Assembly: GCA_963811025.1 (NCBI GenBank)
Contig: CAWEPX010000003.1
Span: 115,190 to 179,189 of the forward strand
Length of the DNA: 64,000 nucleotides
Origin: an uncultured delta proteobacterium
GTDB lineage: Bacteria; Desulfobacterota; Deferrimicrobia; Deferrimicrobiales; Deferrimicrobiaceae
Direction of reading: 5' to 3'
A program made the position numbers and the translations under genes. Positions 20,953-29,619 of this stretch are shown one piece after another; position 1 is the stretch's first letter; each line of letters starts with the position of its first letter. Below the pieces are notes generated by a model, which saw nothing but the letters and a program-made list of their open reading frames with translations, did not search any database and was not told the origin of the DNA.

Positions 20953-21237
20953 TCACGGGAGGTTCCCCGAGGAGCCGGCGACCCGTCGCTCGAGCTCCTC
21001 CACGCGGCGCAAAAGCTCCCGTACCGCCCGACGCTCCTCGACGAGGATGCTCATCAGGATCGCCTCGAACGGGACGGCGCGTCCCGAGCAGGTGCAGGCG
21101 GCGGTGTGGTACCTTGCCGCGGCGAACAGTTCGTCGAAGAGTTCGCGGTCCTCGCGTCGCAGCGCGCGCCGGAACGCTTTCCACGACTCCTCTTCGCGGT
21201 ACAGCTCCTGGGTGAAGGGGAGCACCGTGCGGCCCAT
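20953..21237 (-). CDS. hypothetical 94-aa helical protein within the lexA-polB block
   Basis: ORF in the same orientation, 8 nt downstream of the ImuA-like gene. It is rich in charged residues and predicted coiled coil. Confidence 0.4.
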   Translation of the reverse strand: MGRTVLPFTQELYREEESWKAFRRALRREDRELFDELFAAARYHTAACTCSGRAVPFEAILMSILVEERRAVRELLRRVEELERRVAGSSGNLP

Positions 21238-21245
21238 ATTATGCT

Positions 21246-21986
21246 TTACCTTTCAGGGGGACACCCTTGCGATACCGTAAATGAAACGCAAGAGTGTCCC
21301 CCGCCAGACGCCCTCTGCCCTTCCCCTTCCCGGCGCAGGAGGAGGCACGGGTCGGCGATCCGGACGAGGTGGCGGAAGAAGCCGGCCCGGTCGCCCCCCC
21401 TGGGAGCACTTTCCTTTCCCCGCGGCATGTTCCCCGAAGCGGCGGGGACCGCTGCGAAGGGGAAAGCATCCGAAGCAGGGGGGTCCGAGCCGACCAGCAC
21501 TACCCGCGTGCCGCCCGCCGCGAGCCGGCGCAGGGACGAAAGACAGTTCCGGAATACCCGGCACGCCTCCGCGTAGGGAACGTCGGCGTCCGCGAACGTC
21601 TCCGGAAGCCCGAAGACGACCGCGAGCCCCGCCCCGGAGCGGTCGAGGGCGGCCTCAAGCCGCCGCGACAGGAGCGCCTCCATCTGGTGGCACGTGAAGG
21701 CGCGGGAGACGAGGATGCGGGAGAGCGCGGCCCTGCCGCTTCCGCCCAGTGCCCTCTCCGCCTTGCCGATCTCGTACGGGTCGAACCGGTTTCCGCCGTC
21801 CACCGCCACCACGGGCTCCCCGGCCACGAGGGGGCGGGCCAGCGCGCGCAGCGCCAGCCGGTGGGCGCCCGTCCCGAAAAAGCCGGCGAGCTTGCCCGGC
21901 GCGGGGCGCAGGCAAAGGGCGGAGGCGCGCTCGATGTCCGTGGCGGCGGGGGAGACGACCGGCGTATGGGGCGCGCGACCGGGCAA
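21246..21986 (-). CDS. ImuA-like (inactivated RecA/SulA-fold) SOS protein
   Basis: VVAVDGGNRFDPYEIGKAERALGGSGRAALSRILVSRAFTCHQMEALLSRRLEAALDRSGAGLAVVFGLP resembles the ImuA core, which lacks a Walker A motif. It starts 17 nt after the lexA stop. Confidence 0.5.
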   Translation of the reverse strand: MPGRAPHTPVVSPAATDIERASALCLRPAPGKLAGFFGTGAHRLALRALARPLVAGEPVVAVDGGNRFDPYEIGKAERALGGSGRAALSRILVSRAFTCHQMEALLSRRLEAALDRSGAGLAVVFGLPETFADADVPYAEACRVFRNCLSSLRRLAAGGTRVVLVGSDPPASDAFPFAAVPAASGNMPRGKESAPRGGDRAGFFRHLVRIADPCLLLRREGEGQRASGGGHSCVSFTVSQGCPPER

Positions 21987-22003
21987 GGCGGACTCCTTCG
22001 TTC

Positions 22004-22615
22004 CTACAGTTTCCGGAAAATGCCGACGACTTTCCCCGCGATCCGGAAGGACGGGAAGCCGTCCGGCACGTCGAGGGGGGCATAGGCGGGGTTGGCGGGC
22101 TCGAGGCGGACTCCTCCGTTGCGACGGCGGATCCGTTTGACCGTGGCCTCCCCGTCGACGACGGCGACCACGATCTCCCCGTCCTCGGCGGTCTCCTGCG
22201 CCCGTACGAGGACGTAGTCCCCCTCGCAGATGTGCGCCCCTTCCATGCTGTCCCCTTTCACGCGGAGGGAGAAGATCTCCCCCTCGCCGGCCAGCGAAGG
22301 ATCCAGGAGGAGTTCCTCCTCGGCGAGTTCAATCGCCTCCCGGGGGCTTCCGGCGGGCACCCGTCCCAGCACCGGGACGCGCAAGGGGGAAGGAAGCGCC
22401 GCCTCCCCGAGAAACTCGATCCGGCGGGGGGATTTCCGGTGGCGGCGGAGGTACCCCTTTTTTTCAAGCAAATCCATGTAATAAAAGGCGTTTTTCTCCG
22501 CGATCCCGAAACGGTCCGCCACTTCCCTCGCGGTGGGGGCGAAGGAGCGGGAGAGGACGAACTCCCGCAGGAACGTGAGAACCCTGCGCTGTCTGGCGGT
22601 CAGCGGCCTGCCCAT
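22004..22615 (-). CDS. lexA: LexA repressor (S24 peptidase)
   Basis: N-terminal winged HTH (LTARQRRVLTFLREF...) and C-terminal Ser/Lys dyad region (VKGDSMEGAHICEGDYVLV...GKVVGIFRKL). 203 aa. Confidence 0.9.
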   Translation of the reverse strand: MGRPLTARQRRVLTFLREFVLSRSFAPTAREVADRFGIAEKNAFYYMDLLEKKGYLRRHRKSPRRIEFLGEAALPSPLRVPVLGRVPAGSPREAIELAEEELLLDPSLAGEGEIFSLRVKGDSMEGAHICEGDYVLVRAQETAEDGEIVVAVVDGEATVKRIRRRNGGVRLEPANPAYAPLDVPDGFPSFRIAGKVVGIFRKL

Positions 22616-22646
22616 ATGGGTATGCTGACATACCCATATGGGCAGG
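22607..22646. promoter_or_regulatory. 40-bp perfect palindrome with two CCCATATGGG boxes, overlapping the lexA start codon
   Basis: CCTGCCCATATGGGTATG-CTGA-CATACCCATATGGGCAGG; 18-bp arms. The two 10-bp self-palindromic boxes are 22 bp apart centre to centre. Confidence 0.6.
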
Positions 22647-22672
22647 TCAAGGGGGTGTGGGAAAGGGGGTTG

Positions 22673-23455
22673 CTACTCTCCCCGGAAAGCGGGCGGCCGC
22701 TTCTCGAGAAACGCCCGCACTCCCTCGCGAAAGTCCCCGGTCCGGGCGGACGCGGCAACCCGCTGGCGCTCGTCCTCGAGCTGCGCTTCCAGCGGCTGGC
22801 ACAGTGCCCGGTTGTACAGCTCCTTCGCCCTCGCGAAGGCGAGAGTGGGGCCGGAGGCGATGCGCTCCGCCAGTTCCGCCGTCCCTGCTTCGAACGAGTC
22901 GTCGGGAAGGACCCGCTGGACGAGCCCCCACGCGGCCGCTTCTTCCGCGGTGAGCGTCCTGCCGGTCAAGGTGAGTTCCATCGCCCGCTGGGTCCCGACG
23001 GCCCGGGCGAGGAAAAAGGTGGCCCCGCCGTCCGGGGAGAGCCCGATGTTCTGGTAGGCGAGGGTGAAGCGGGCCGACTTCGCGGCGACCACGAGATCGC
23101 CGGCCAGCGCCATGGAGAACCCCGCCCCTGCCGCGACGCCGTTGACCGCCGAAAGGACGGGCTTGGGGACTCTCCTGAGGGACGCGATGAAGGCGTGCAG
23201 CCGGACCATGAGCTCCAGGAAGTTCGCGTCGGCTTCCCCCCGGAAGGTTTCCATCATCCCCACGTCGCCGCCTCCCGAGAAGGCCTTTCCGGACCCGGTG
23301 AACACGATGCAGCGGACGCCCGGGTCGTTGCCCAGGGATGAAACGGCGCCTTGCAGCTCCTTCCCCATTTCGAAATCGTACGCGTTCATCCGGTCGGGCC
23401 GGTGCATCCGGATCGTGGCAACGCCACCGTGCTTCTCGACGATTACCGTGCTCAT
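22673..23455 (-). CDS. enoyl-CoA hydratase/isomerase (crotonase family)
   Basis: [10 protein letters not shown]...[20 protein letters not shown] crotonase signature. 260 aa. Confidence 0.85.
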   Translation of the reverse strand: MSTVIVEKHGGVATIRMHRPDRMNAYDFEMGKELQGAVSSLGNDPGVRCIVFTGSGKAFSGGGDVGMMETFRGEADANFLELMVRLHAFIASLRRVPKPVLSAVNGVAAGAGFSMALAGDLVVAAKSARFTLAYQNIGLSPDGGATFFLARAVGTQRAMELTLTGRTLTAEEAAAWGLVQRVLPDDSFEAGTAELAERIASGPTLAFARAKELYNRALCQPLEAQLEDERQRVAASARTGDFREGVRAFLEKRPPAFRGE

Positions 23456-23540
23456 GGGTACCCCCTTTTCGCGGAAAATGCCACGGGCTCCTACGATAGC
23501 CTTGTACTACGGTCTGCCCCGATTGGGATATAATTCTGCC

Positions 23541-24023
23541 ATGCCCGTTTCCCGGATGTCCTGCCCCGCCTGCGGGGCGGATCTTGTCTACGATTCCCAT
23601 GAGGCGATAAAGGACTCGGACGGAAAGGAAGTGTGCCCTTACCGGGGCCGGGGGTACCCGAATCTGCAGGCGGGCCACGACCGGATCTATTTCGGAAAGT
23701 GGAGGAAGATGAACGCCACGCCGGTCGATATCCGGCGGGCCTACCATCAGCTCGAGCGACACTTGAAGGCGATCGGCGAGGTTCTCGAATCGAAGGATCG
23801 GCCCGCGGCGCGGCGCGATCTTGCCAAGGCGATCGAGGCGCTTGCGGCGGGGGATCCCGATGCGGAGTCTTCGGACGCCCTACGGTTCCTGGACCACGCC
23901 CTTTCCTACGCACACACCGCGATCGACGACCTCCTGCACGGGGAGGGCCTGCCCCCCCACGACCCCATGGAATTTGCGAAATGGTACGACGCGGTGGAAG
24001 TGCCGTTCAAGGAAGAGTGGTAA
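23541..24023 (+). CDS. hypothetical protein with N-terminal CxxC zinc-ribbon
   Basis: MPVSRMSCPACGADLVYD...CPY; helical C-terminal half. 160 aa. Confidence 0.45.
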   Translation: MPVSRMSCPACGADLVYDSHEAIKDSDGKEVCPYRGRGYPNLQAGHDRIYFGKWRKMNATPVDIRRAYHQLERHLKAIGEVLESKDRPAARRDLAKAIEALAAGDPDAESSDALRFLDHALSYAHTAIDDLLHGEGLPPHDPMEFAKWYDAVEVPFKEEW

Positions 24024-24051
24024 GCGGCACCGGAACCGGGGGAGGAAACCG

Positions 24052-24630
24052 ATGATAACGCTCGAACGATACCCAAGGGAAATCACCCTCCGCGACGGAG
24101 CGCGGCTCACCCTCCGCCCGATGGTGCGGGAGGACGTGGACCGGCTCTGGGATTTTCTCCGCCGGATCCCCCCGGAGGACAGGATGTACTTCCGGGAGGA
24201 CGTAACCCGGAAGGAAGTGGTCGAACGGTGGGCGGAACATCTCGAATACGATTCGGTGCTTCCCGTTCTTGCCCTCGAGGAGGGACGGGTGGTGGGGGAT
24301 GCGACCCTTCACCGGAACCGGAACGGCTGGAAGCAGCGCGTCGGGACGGTCCGGATCCAGATCGCGCCGGATTTCCGTCACCGGGGCCTCGGGACGGCGA
24401 TGCTCCGGGAGATACGGCACCTGGGGGAGAAGGGGGCCCTGCACTATCTCCTGGCGGAGGTGATCGAGGAGCAACAGGCCGCCATACGGGCCTTCGAAAA
24501 GATGGGGTTCGAGCGCGCGGTCTTCTTACGGAACTTCGTGAACGATCAGGAGGGGAGATTCCACAACCTCGTCGTGTTGCTCTACTCCATGGGGGATTCC
24601 GGACGGGGAACGCTTTCTTTTCCTCCGTGA
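24052..24630 (+). CDS. GNAT family N-acetyltransferase
   Basis: ...VRIQIAPDFRHRGLGTAMLREI... acetyl-CoA-binding motif. 192 aa. Confidence 0.75.
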   Translation: MITLERYPREITLRDGARLTLRPMVREDVDRLWDFLRRIPPEDRMYFREDVTRKEVVERWAEHLEYDSVLPVLALEEGRVVGDATLHRNRNGWKQRVGTVRIQIAPDFRHRGLGTAMLREIRHLGEKGALHYLLAEVIEEQQAAIRAFEKMGFERAVFLRNFVNDQEGRFHNLVVLLYSMGDSGRGTLSFPP

Positions 24631-24711
24631 TGTTTTTCCTGAAGTTTCGCGACCGGTTGGCCGATACCGTCATCAAAGGATGGTAGGGAGTCAGTCAACC
24701 CTAACCGGATC

Positions 24712-24746
24712 GGGGGCCGCAGGGACAACGGCCCCCTATTTTTTTT
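24712..24746 (+). terminator. rho-independent terminator (GGGGGCCG...CGGCCCCC + T8)
   Basis: GC stem followed by tattttttttt, directly after the GNAT gene. Confidence 0.75.
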
Positions 24747-24747
24747 A

Positions 24748-24775
24748 AGAGGCCGCGGGCCTCTTTCGTTTTTTT
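24748..24775 (+). terminator. second tandem terminator hairpin (AGAGGCC gcg GGCCTCT + T-run)
   Basis: Stem plus ttcgttttttt. Confidence 0.65.
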
Positions 24776-24781
24776 GATGGT

Positions 24782-24810
24782 TTGACGGGGGAAACCCGGC
24801 CGAATATCAT
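24782..24810 (+). promoter_or_regulatory. sigma70-like promoter TTGACG-N17-TATCAT upstream of the permease gene
   Basis: Read directly from the sequence; 17-bp spacer. Confidence 0.5.
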
Positions 24811-24847
24811 TAGGCTTTGTCGATTGGGGAGGGTGGCGCTAACCGAT

Positions 24848-26824
24848 ATGGGCATGGCATCCTTTTTTCAGCGCGCCAAGCGGTTCCTCCTGGGAGCGCC
24901 CCGCGACCTGTTCGACCCGAAACTCTTCCACCGGATCTCCCTGATCGCCTTCTTCGCGTGGGTCGGCCTCGGGGCGGACGGGATATCCTCCTCCGCCTAC
25001 GGCCCGGAGGAGGCGTTCCTCGCACTCGGGCGACACACCTCCCTGGCGATTTTCATCGCGATCGCCACGGTCATCACCGTCTTCATCATCTCGGGGAGCT
25101 ACGCCCGGATCATCGAGAAATTCCCCATGGGAGGGGGAGGATATATCCTCGCCGCCAAGCTGCTCGGGGAGAGGGCGGGGGTCGTCTCCGGCTCGGCGCT
25201 GGTCATCGATTACGTCCTGACCGTGACCATCTCCGTGGCGGCAGGAGTCGACGCGGTATTCAGCTTCCTCCCGCTTGGCTGGCAGACCTACAAGTTCTCG
25301 TCCATTGCCTTCGTCATCATCCTGCTCATCGTGCTCAACCTGAGGGGGATCAAGGAGTCGGTAACAATCCTCACCCCCATTTTCCTGGCGTTCATCTTCT
25401 GTCACGTCCCGCTCGTTCTCTATGCGGTCCTGAAACACCTGCCCGAACTTCCCACCGTAACGGCTACCGTGTCGGGGGATATGTCCGATGCCGTGGCGGA
25501 ATTGGGGTTGTTCGGGGTGGGCGTGCTTCTCCTGCGGGCCTATTCGATGGGGGCCGGAACGTACACGGGGATCGAGGCGGTCTGTAACGCCATGGGGACG
25601 CTTCGGGAACCCCGCGTAAAAACAGGGAAGAAGGCTCTCCTGTACATGGCCCTCTCGCTCTCGTTCGTCGCCGGCGGGATCATTCTGGGGTACATGCTAA
25701 ACGGGGTGGAACACATCCCCGGGAAAACGCTCAACGCCTCGCTGATCGAAGGGATCGCAGGCAACATCTGGGAGGGCCGGACCAGAAGCATCATCGTGGC
25801 GTTCGTTCTGGTGACGGAGGCGACCCTCCTGTTCGTCGCCGCCCAGACGGGCTTCCTCGGGGGTCCACAGGTCCTCTCGAGCATGGCGGTCGATTCCTAC
25901 ATGCCCCACCGGTTCGCGCACCTGTCCGACCGGCTGGTGACCAAGTACGGGATATATTTCATGGGGATGATGGCCATCGTGATGTTGTACATCACCGGCG
26001 GCTCCGTGAAGTACCTCGTCATCATGTACTCGATCAACGTGTTCCTCACCTTTACCGTCGACCAGTTCGGGATGTGCGTCCACTGGCTGAGAGAACGCAG
26101 AACGGCGACGGATTGGAAATTCGGGCTCGGAATGAACGGAATCGGGGTTCTCCTGACCGCATCGATCCTGACCGCGACGGTAATGATCAAGTTCCCGGAA
26201 GGCGGATGGTTGACCCTGTTGATCACCGGGACCTTCATCGCGCTTTCTTTCCTGATCCGGAGACATTACCGGAACGTGGAAGGGCACATGCAGAGGCTGG
26301 ACGAACTTCTGACGGGACTCCCCTCACTGACGGTGCCTTCCGAACAGGAGCCGGTTCTCCGGAAGGACGGTCCGACCGCCGCCATCATGGTGTCGGGCTA
26401 CAACGGGATGGGCATGCACGTCTTTTTCTCCGTGGTCCGGTCGTTCCCGGGAATGTTCCGGAACTTCGTCTTTCTCTCCGCCGGTGTGATCGACTCCCGC
26501 ACGTTCAAGGGGGTCGAGGAGATCGAAAATCTCGGAGAGGATCTGAAACGCCAGCTCGGGCAATACGTGGAGTTCGCCAAGGGGCACGGCTACTACGCCG
26601 AATTGCGTTATGAAGTCGGAACGGACGTCATAACGGTGGTCGACCGGCTGGCGCCGAAAATCGCAAATGATTTTCCCAACATCACGTTCTTCGCCGGCCA
26701 GCTTGTCTTCGAGGAGGAGACCTTCATCACGAGGGTGCTACACAACCAGACGGCGTTTCTCGCGCAGAGAAAACTCGTCTTCCACGGGCTGCCGATGATC
26801 ATCATGCCCGTCCGGGTGCTGTAG
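24848..26824 (+). CDS. APC-superfamily permease with ~200-aa C-terminal cytoplasmic domain (KimA-like / amino-acid permease)
   Basis: 12-TM core (GISSSAYGPEE... typical APC N-terminus) plus a soluble tail. Start MGMASFF.... Confidence 0.65.
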   Translation: MGMASFFQRAKRFLLGAPRDLFDPKLFHRISLIAFFAWVGLGADGISSSAYGPEEAFLALGRHTSLAIFIAIATVITVFIISGSYARIIEKFPMGGGGYILAAKLLGERAGVVSGSALVIDYVLTVTISVAAGVDAVFSFLPLGWQTYKFSSIAFVIILLIVLNLRGIKESVTILTPIFLAFIFCHVPLVLYAVLKHLPELPTVTATVSGDMSDAVAELGLFGVGVLLLRAYSMGAGTYTGIEAVCNAMGTLREPRVKTGKKALLYMALSLSFVAGGIILGYMLNGVEHIPGKTLNASLIEGIAGNIWEGRTRSIIVAFVLVTEATLLFVAAQTGFLGGPQVLSSMAVDSYMPHRFAHLSDRLVTKYGIYFMGMMAIVMLYITGGSVKYLVIMYSINVFLTFTVDQFGMCVHWLRERRTATDWKFGLGMNGIGVLLTASILTATVMIKFPEGGWLTLLITGTFIALSFLIRRHYRNVEGHMQRLDELLTGLPSLTVPSEQEPVLRKDGPTAAIMVSGYNGMGMHVFFSVVRSFPGMFRNFVFLSAGVIDSRTFKGVEEIENLGEDLKRQLGQYVEFAKGHGYYAELRYEVGTDVITVVDRLAPKIANDFPNITFFAGQLVFEEETFITRVLHNQTAFLAQRKLVFHGLPMIIMPVRVL

Positions 26825-26879
26825 GGGGAAGCCGGTTGGATTCCCCCGGGAAATGGGGTAGAAGGAGAGTCGGGACCGC

Positions 26880-27428
26880 ATGAAGGGCCGGGAGGTCGTC
26901 TACGATATGGGGGGAAGGACAAAAGGTACGCTCCTCCTCGTGCTGGTTCTGTCCCTGTCGCTGTGCCCCGTCCCCCCGGTGAACGGGGAAGGGCTCTCCG
27001 GCTCCCCGGCCGGTCCTCACTCCCATTTCATGAAATCCTCGAGCTGCCCGCGGTGCCACGTCTATCGCGGGTCCAAGCGGGAGAAGGGCCTGTTTCTCCC
27101 GGACACGGACACATTCTGCCTGGATTGCCACTCGCTCGAGGGACTGGGAATAACCCATCCGATCGCCATCCGGCCCGGGGACGGGCGCCGCCGATTGAGG
27201 GTGCCGACAGACCTGCCGCTGGACAACGAGGGGAAGATGTTCTGCCTCACCTGCCACAATGCCCATGGGCCGTTCCTTTCTTCGATCCGGGCGTTCGCTT
27301 CCCAGAAGGCGGCGAACCCGGGCGCACCGGCAGGCTCGAAACCCGCCTACCGGACCTACTTCGTGAGGCGGTCCGATCCCGTTCGGGGGTTCTCACCGTT
27401 GTGCGAGGAGTGCCACGGGAAACGATGA
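26880..27428 (+). CDS. tetraheme c-type cytochrome, secreted
   Basis: Signal peptide and four CxxCH motifs (CPRCH, CLDCH, CLTCH, CEECH). 182 aa. Confidence 0.75.
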   Translation: MKGREVVYDMGGRTKGTLLLVLVLSLSLCPVPPVNGEGLSGSPAGPHSHFMKSSSCPRCHVYRGSKREKGLFLPDTDTFCLDCHSLEGLGITHPIAIRPGDGRRRLRVPTDLPLDNEGKMFCLTCHNAHGPFLSSIRAFASQKAANPGAPAGSKPAYRTYFVRRSDPVRGFSPLCEECHGKR

Positions 27429-27979
27429 GGCGAAATCCCCATTTCAAATACCGGCGACGGACCAAGCTGGTCAACCCGAAGTTCCAGGGAGGGGCCGCGA
27501 TTCTCATCATCGCCGTCGTCCTCGCCGCCGGGGCGCTGGTCGCGGTTTTGCTGTTCCGTGACCTCCGGCAGGCCCTTGGGAACGCCTCTGCCAGCGGCCA
27601 TTTCGGGTTCCCGGCCCCCTACCGGATCGTAAGTGACATCCTGGTCCGGCAGCTTCTTGTCCTGTTCGCCCTTGTCTTCGCGGGAGGGTCTCTCGCGTTC
27701 CTGTGGTACGTGCGCAGGATACGGCTGGGGATATCCCGACTGACAGAGGTTTTCGAGGCTGCGGGGAAGGGGGACCTCTCTTCCCCGTCGAATGTACGGA
27801 GTTTCAAGGAACTCGTCGATTTCGGGACGGAAATCGATGCGGTCCGATCCTACACCCTTGACCTGATCGAGGAAATCCGGGGAGAGGCGAAAGCGATTCG
27901 GACGTCCGACCTGTCGCAGGTGGAGTTTGAAAAGCGATGGGATGCGCTCAAGGAGAAGATCGGGAGGATCGTACCGTGA
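27425..27979 (+). CDS. two-TM membrane protein with HAMP domain and no output domain
   Basis: Two TM helices followed by a HAMP-like segment (ISRLTEVFEAAGKGDLSSPSNVRSFKELVDFGTEIDAV). The ATG overlaps the upstream stop (ATGA). Confidence 0.55.
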   Translation: MRRNPHFKYRRRTKLVNPKFQGGAAILIIAVVLAAGALVAVLLFRDLRQALGNASASGHFGFPAPYRIVSDILVRQLLVLFALVFAGGSLAFLWYVRRIRLGISRLTEVFEAAGKGDLSSPSNVRSFKELVDFGTEIDAVRSYTLDLIEEIRGEAKAIRTSDLSQVEFEKRWDALKEKIGRIVP

Positions 27980-28533
27980 GCCCGTGGAGAGGGGGCAGGG
28001 GGGATCCTGCCGCGGGCCATTCGTTCTGGGGACGGTTCCTTCTTTTCTGGCTCGCCTCTTCCGGCGTGGGAACGCTCCTCCTGTTCCTTTTCCATTACCT
28101 GTACCTCACCCCCCCCTTCCCGGACGGGTATGCTGCGGTGTATTATGCCCTTCGCCACCTTGCGGATACCATGCTCCCCGTTGTCGCTCTCTCCCTCCTG
28201 GCCTACGTTCTCTTCCTGAGCGGAGCCGCGGCCTGGCTCTGCATCAACCTGCTCCACAAGGTCGCCGGGCCGATTTTCGGACTGGAAAAGGTTCTTGGGA
28301 CCTTTCTCAACGGGGCGCCGATCAGGCCGTTCTTCATGCGCCACGGCGACCAGGTGCCGGACCTCATCTCCGCGTTCAACGGGTTCGTGAGTCGGTTGCG
28401 GGAGGACCGGCGCAAGTGGTTGGGGGTGATGGAGAGCGCGGATCGCCTCGGCCTGCAGGACCGGGAGACATGCCGCGCCGGGATGGAGAAGGCCCTGGCC
28501 GAACTGGAAACTCTGCTCTCCCCATACCGTTGA
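27976..28533 (+). CDS. hypothetical polytopic membrane protein
   Basis: GTG start overlapping the upstream stop (GTGA). Four predicted TM helices plus a C-terminal helical region. Confidence 0.5.
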   Translation: MSPWRGGRGDPAAGHSFWGRFLLFWLASSGVGTLLLFLFHYLYLTPPFPDGYAAVYYALRHLADTMLPVVALSLLAYVLFLSGAAAWLCINLLHKVAGPIFGLEKVLGTFLNGAPIRPFFMRHGDQVPDLISAFNGFVSRLREDRRKWLGVMESADRLGLQDRETCRAGMEKALAELETLLSPYR

Positions 28534-28615
28534 CCTTGCCCCCCGGGCGGTTTTTTGCCAATATACGGGAAACGGGAAAATGAATGTGCGGGATACTCTC
28601 GAGGGAGGTCGACGT

Positions 28616-29020
28616 ATGAAAGCGATCCGGAAGGCGGGCTGGTTTTTCCTGTTGGCTTTGATGATGGCGTGCTGGATGGGAGTGCTCGGGTCGATCCGGG
28701 GGGAGGCACTGGCAGGCGTCATTGCGTCCCACGGGACCGATGGCGTGTCGGTCCGGGGAGCGGACATCGGCAAGCTCCAGGCCTTCCTGGAACAGAAGAT
28801 CGTCCTCCAGAAACTCACGGACTACGGAGTGTCCGCGGATGAGGCGATTGCCAAGATCCGTTCCATGAGCGACGCGGATCTGCACCGCCTTGCCTCCCTG
28901 TCCGACAGGGCAGCCGAAGGGGCGGACAGCGCCCTGGGTTTTCTGATCGGCGTGGCGGTCCTGATCATCCTCATCGTCGTGATCGTCAAGCTGATGAACA
29001 AGGAGATCGTCATACGCTGA
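28616..29020 (+). CDS. small secreted/C-terminally anchored protein (PA2779-family-like)
   Basis: N-terminal signal peptide and C-terminal TM (GFLIGVAVLIILIVVIV). Sits immediately upstream of the C39-like peptidase lipoprotein. Confidence 0.45.
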   Translation: MKAIRKAGWFFLLALMMACWMGVLGSIRGEALAGVIASHGTDGVSVRGADIGKLQAFLEQKIVLQKLTDYGVSADEAIAKIRSMSDADLHRLASLSDRAAEGADSALGFLIGVAVLIILIVVIVKLMNKEIVIR

Positions 29021-29022
29021 AA

Positions 29023-29619
29023 GTGATGCGAAGAGGGGTGATGGGCGCCGCCCTGCTCGCGGGCGGCGCCTTTTTCATTTTGGGGGGATGCGCGCAGGAC
29101 GTCGGGATCCGGGGGGGGAACCCTGCCATCCCGGAGGCGGAGGCAGGTATACGGCACGCCGCAGCCGCAACCGTCATCCCGCATGTTCCCTTTCTGCCCC
29201 AGGAGGAGGACACCTGCGGCCCCTCCTCGCTTGCGATGCTCCTGCGCTTTTACGGGATGGATGTCAGCACCGGGGAGATCATGCGGGAGACGAGGACCGC
29301 GGGGCTCCGCGGGACGCTCATCACCGACCTGGCGGCGGCTGCCCGGCGTCGCGGATTCGAGGCGGAGGTCGTGGATCTCGACCTGGAGCGGTTGCGGGAA
29401 AGGATAGCGGAGGGCATCCCCGTGATCCTGCTCGTGGACCTTGGGGCATGGGTCTACAGCCGCCCGCACTACCTGCTCGCATTCGGCGTGACTCCCGAAG
29501 GGGTGGTTGCCCACTCGGGAAGGGAGGAGGGAAAGGTGATCCCTTATTCCTCCCTCGAGACACAGTGGGCGAAGATGGGGCGGTTGGCGATCATCGTGCG
29601 AAGGAGGGTGTCGAAGTGA
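29023..29619 (+). CDS. C39-like cysteine peptidase domain lipoprotein (PA2778-family-like)
   Basis: LGGC lipobox. EEDTCGPSSLAMLLRFYG papain/C39-type catalytic Cys context. Confidence 0.55.
   Translation: MMRRGVMGAALLAGGAFFILGGCAQDVGIRGGNPAIPEAEAGIRHAAAATVIPHVPFLPQEEDTCGPSSLAMLLRFYGMDVSTGEIMRETRTAGLRGTLITDLAAAARRRGFEAEVVDLDLERLRERIAEGIPVILLVDLGAWVYSRPHYLLAFGVTPEGVVAHSGREEGKVIPYSSLETQWAKMGRLAIIVRRRVSK

Noticed and set aside
22616-22672. Canonical E. coli-type (CTGT-N8-ACAG) or Gram-positive-type (GAAC-N4-GTTC) LexA box upstream of lexA
   Set aside because: Neither consensus is present. The only strong symmetry is the CCCATATGGG pair reported above.
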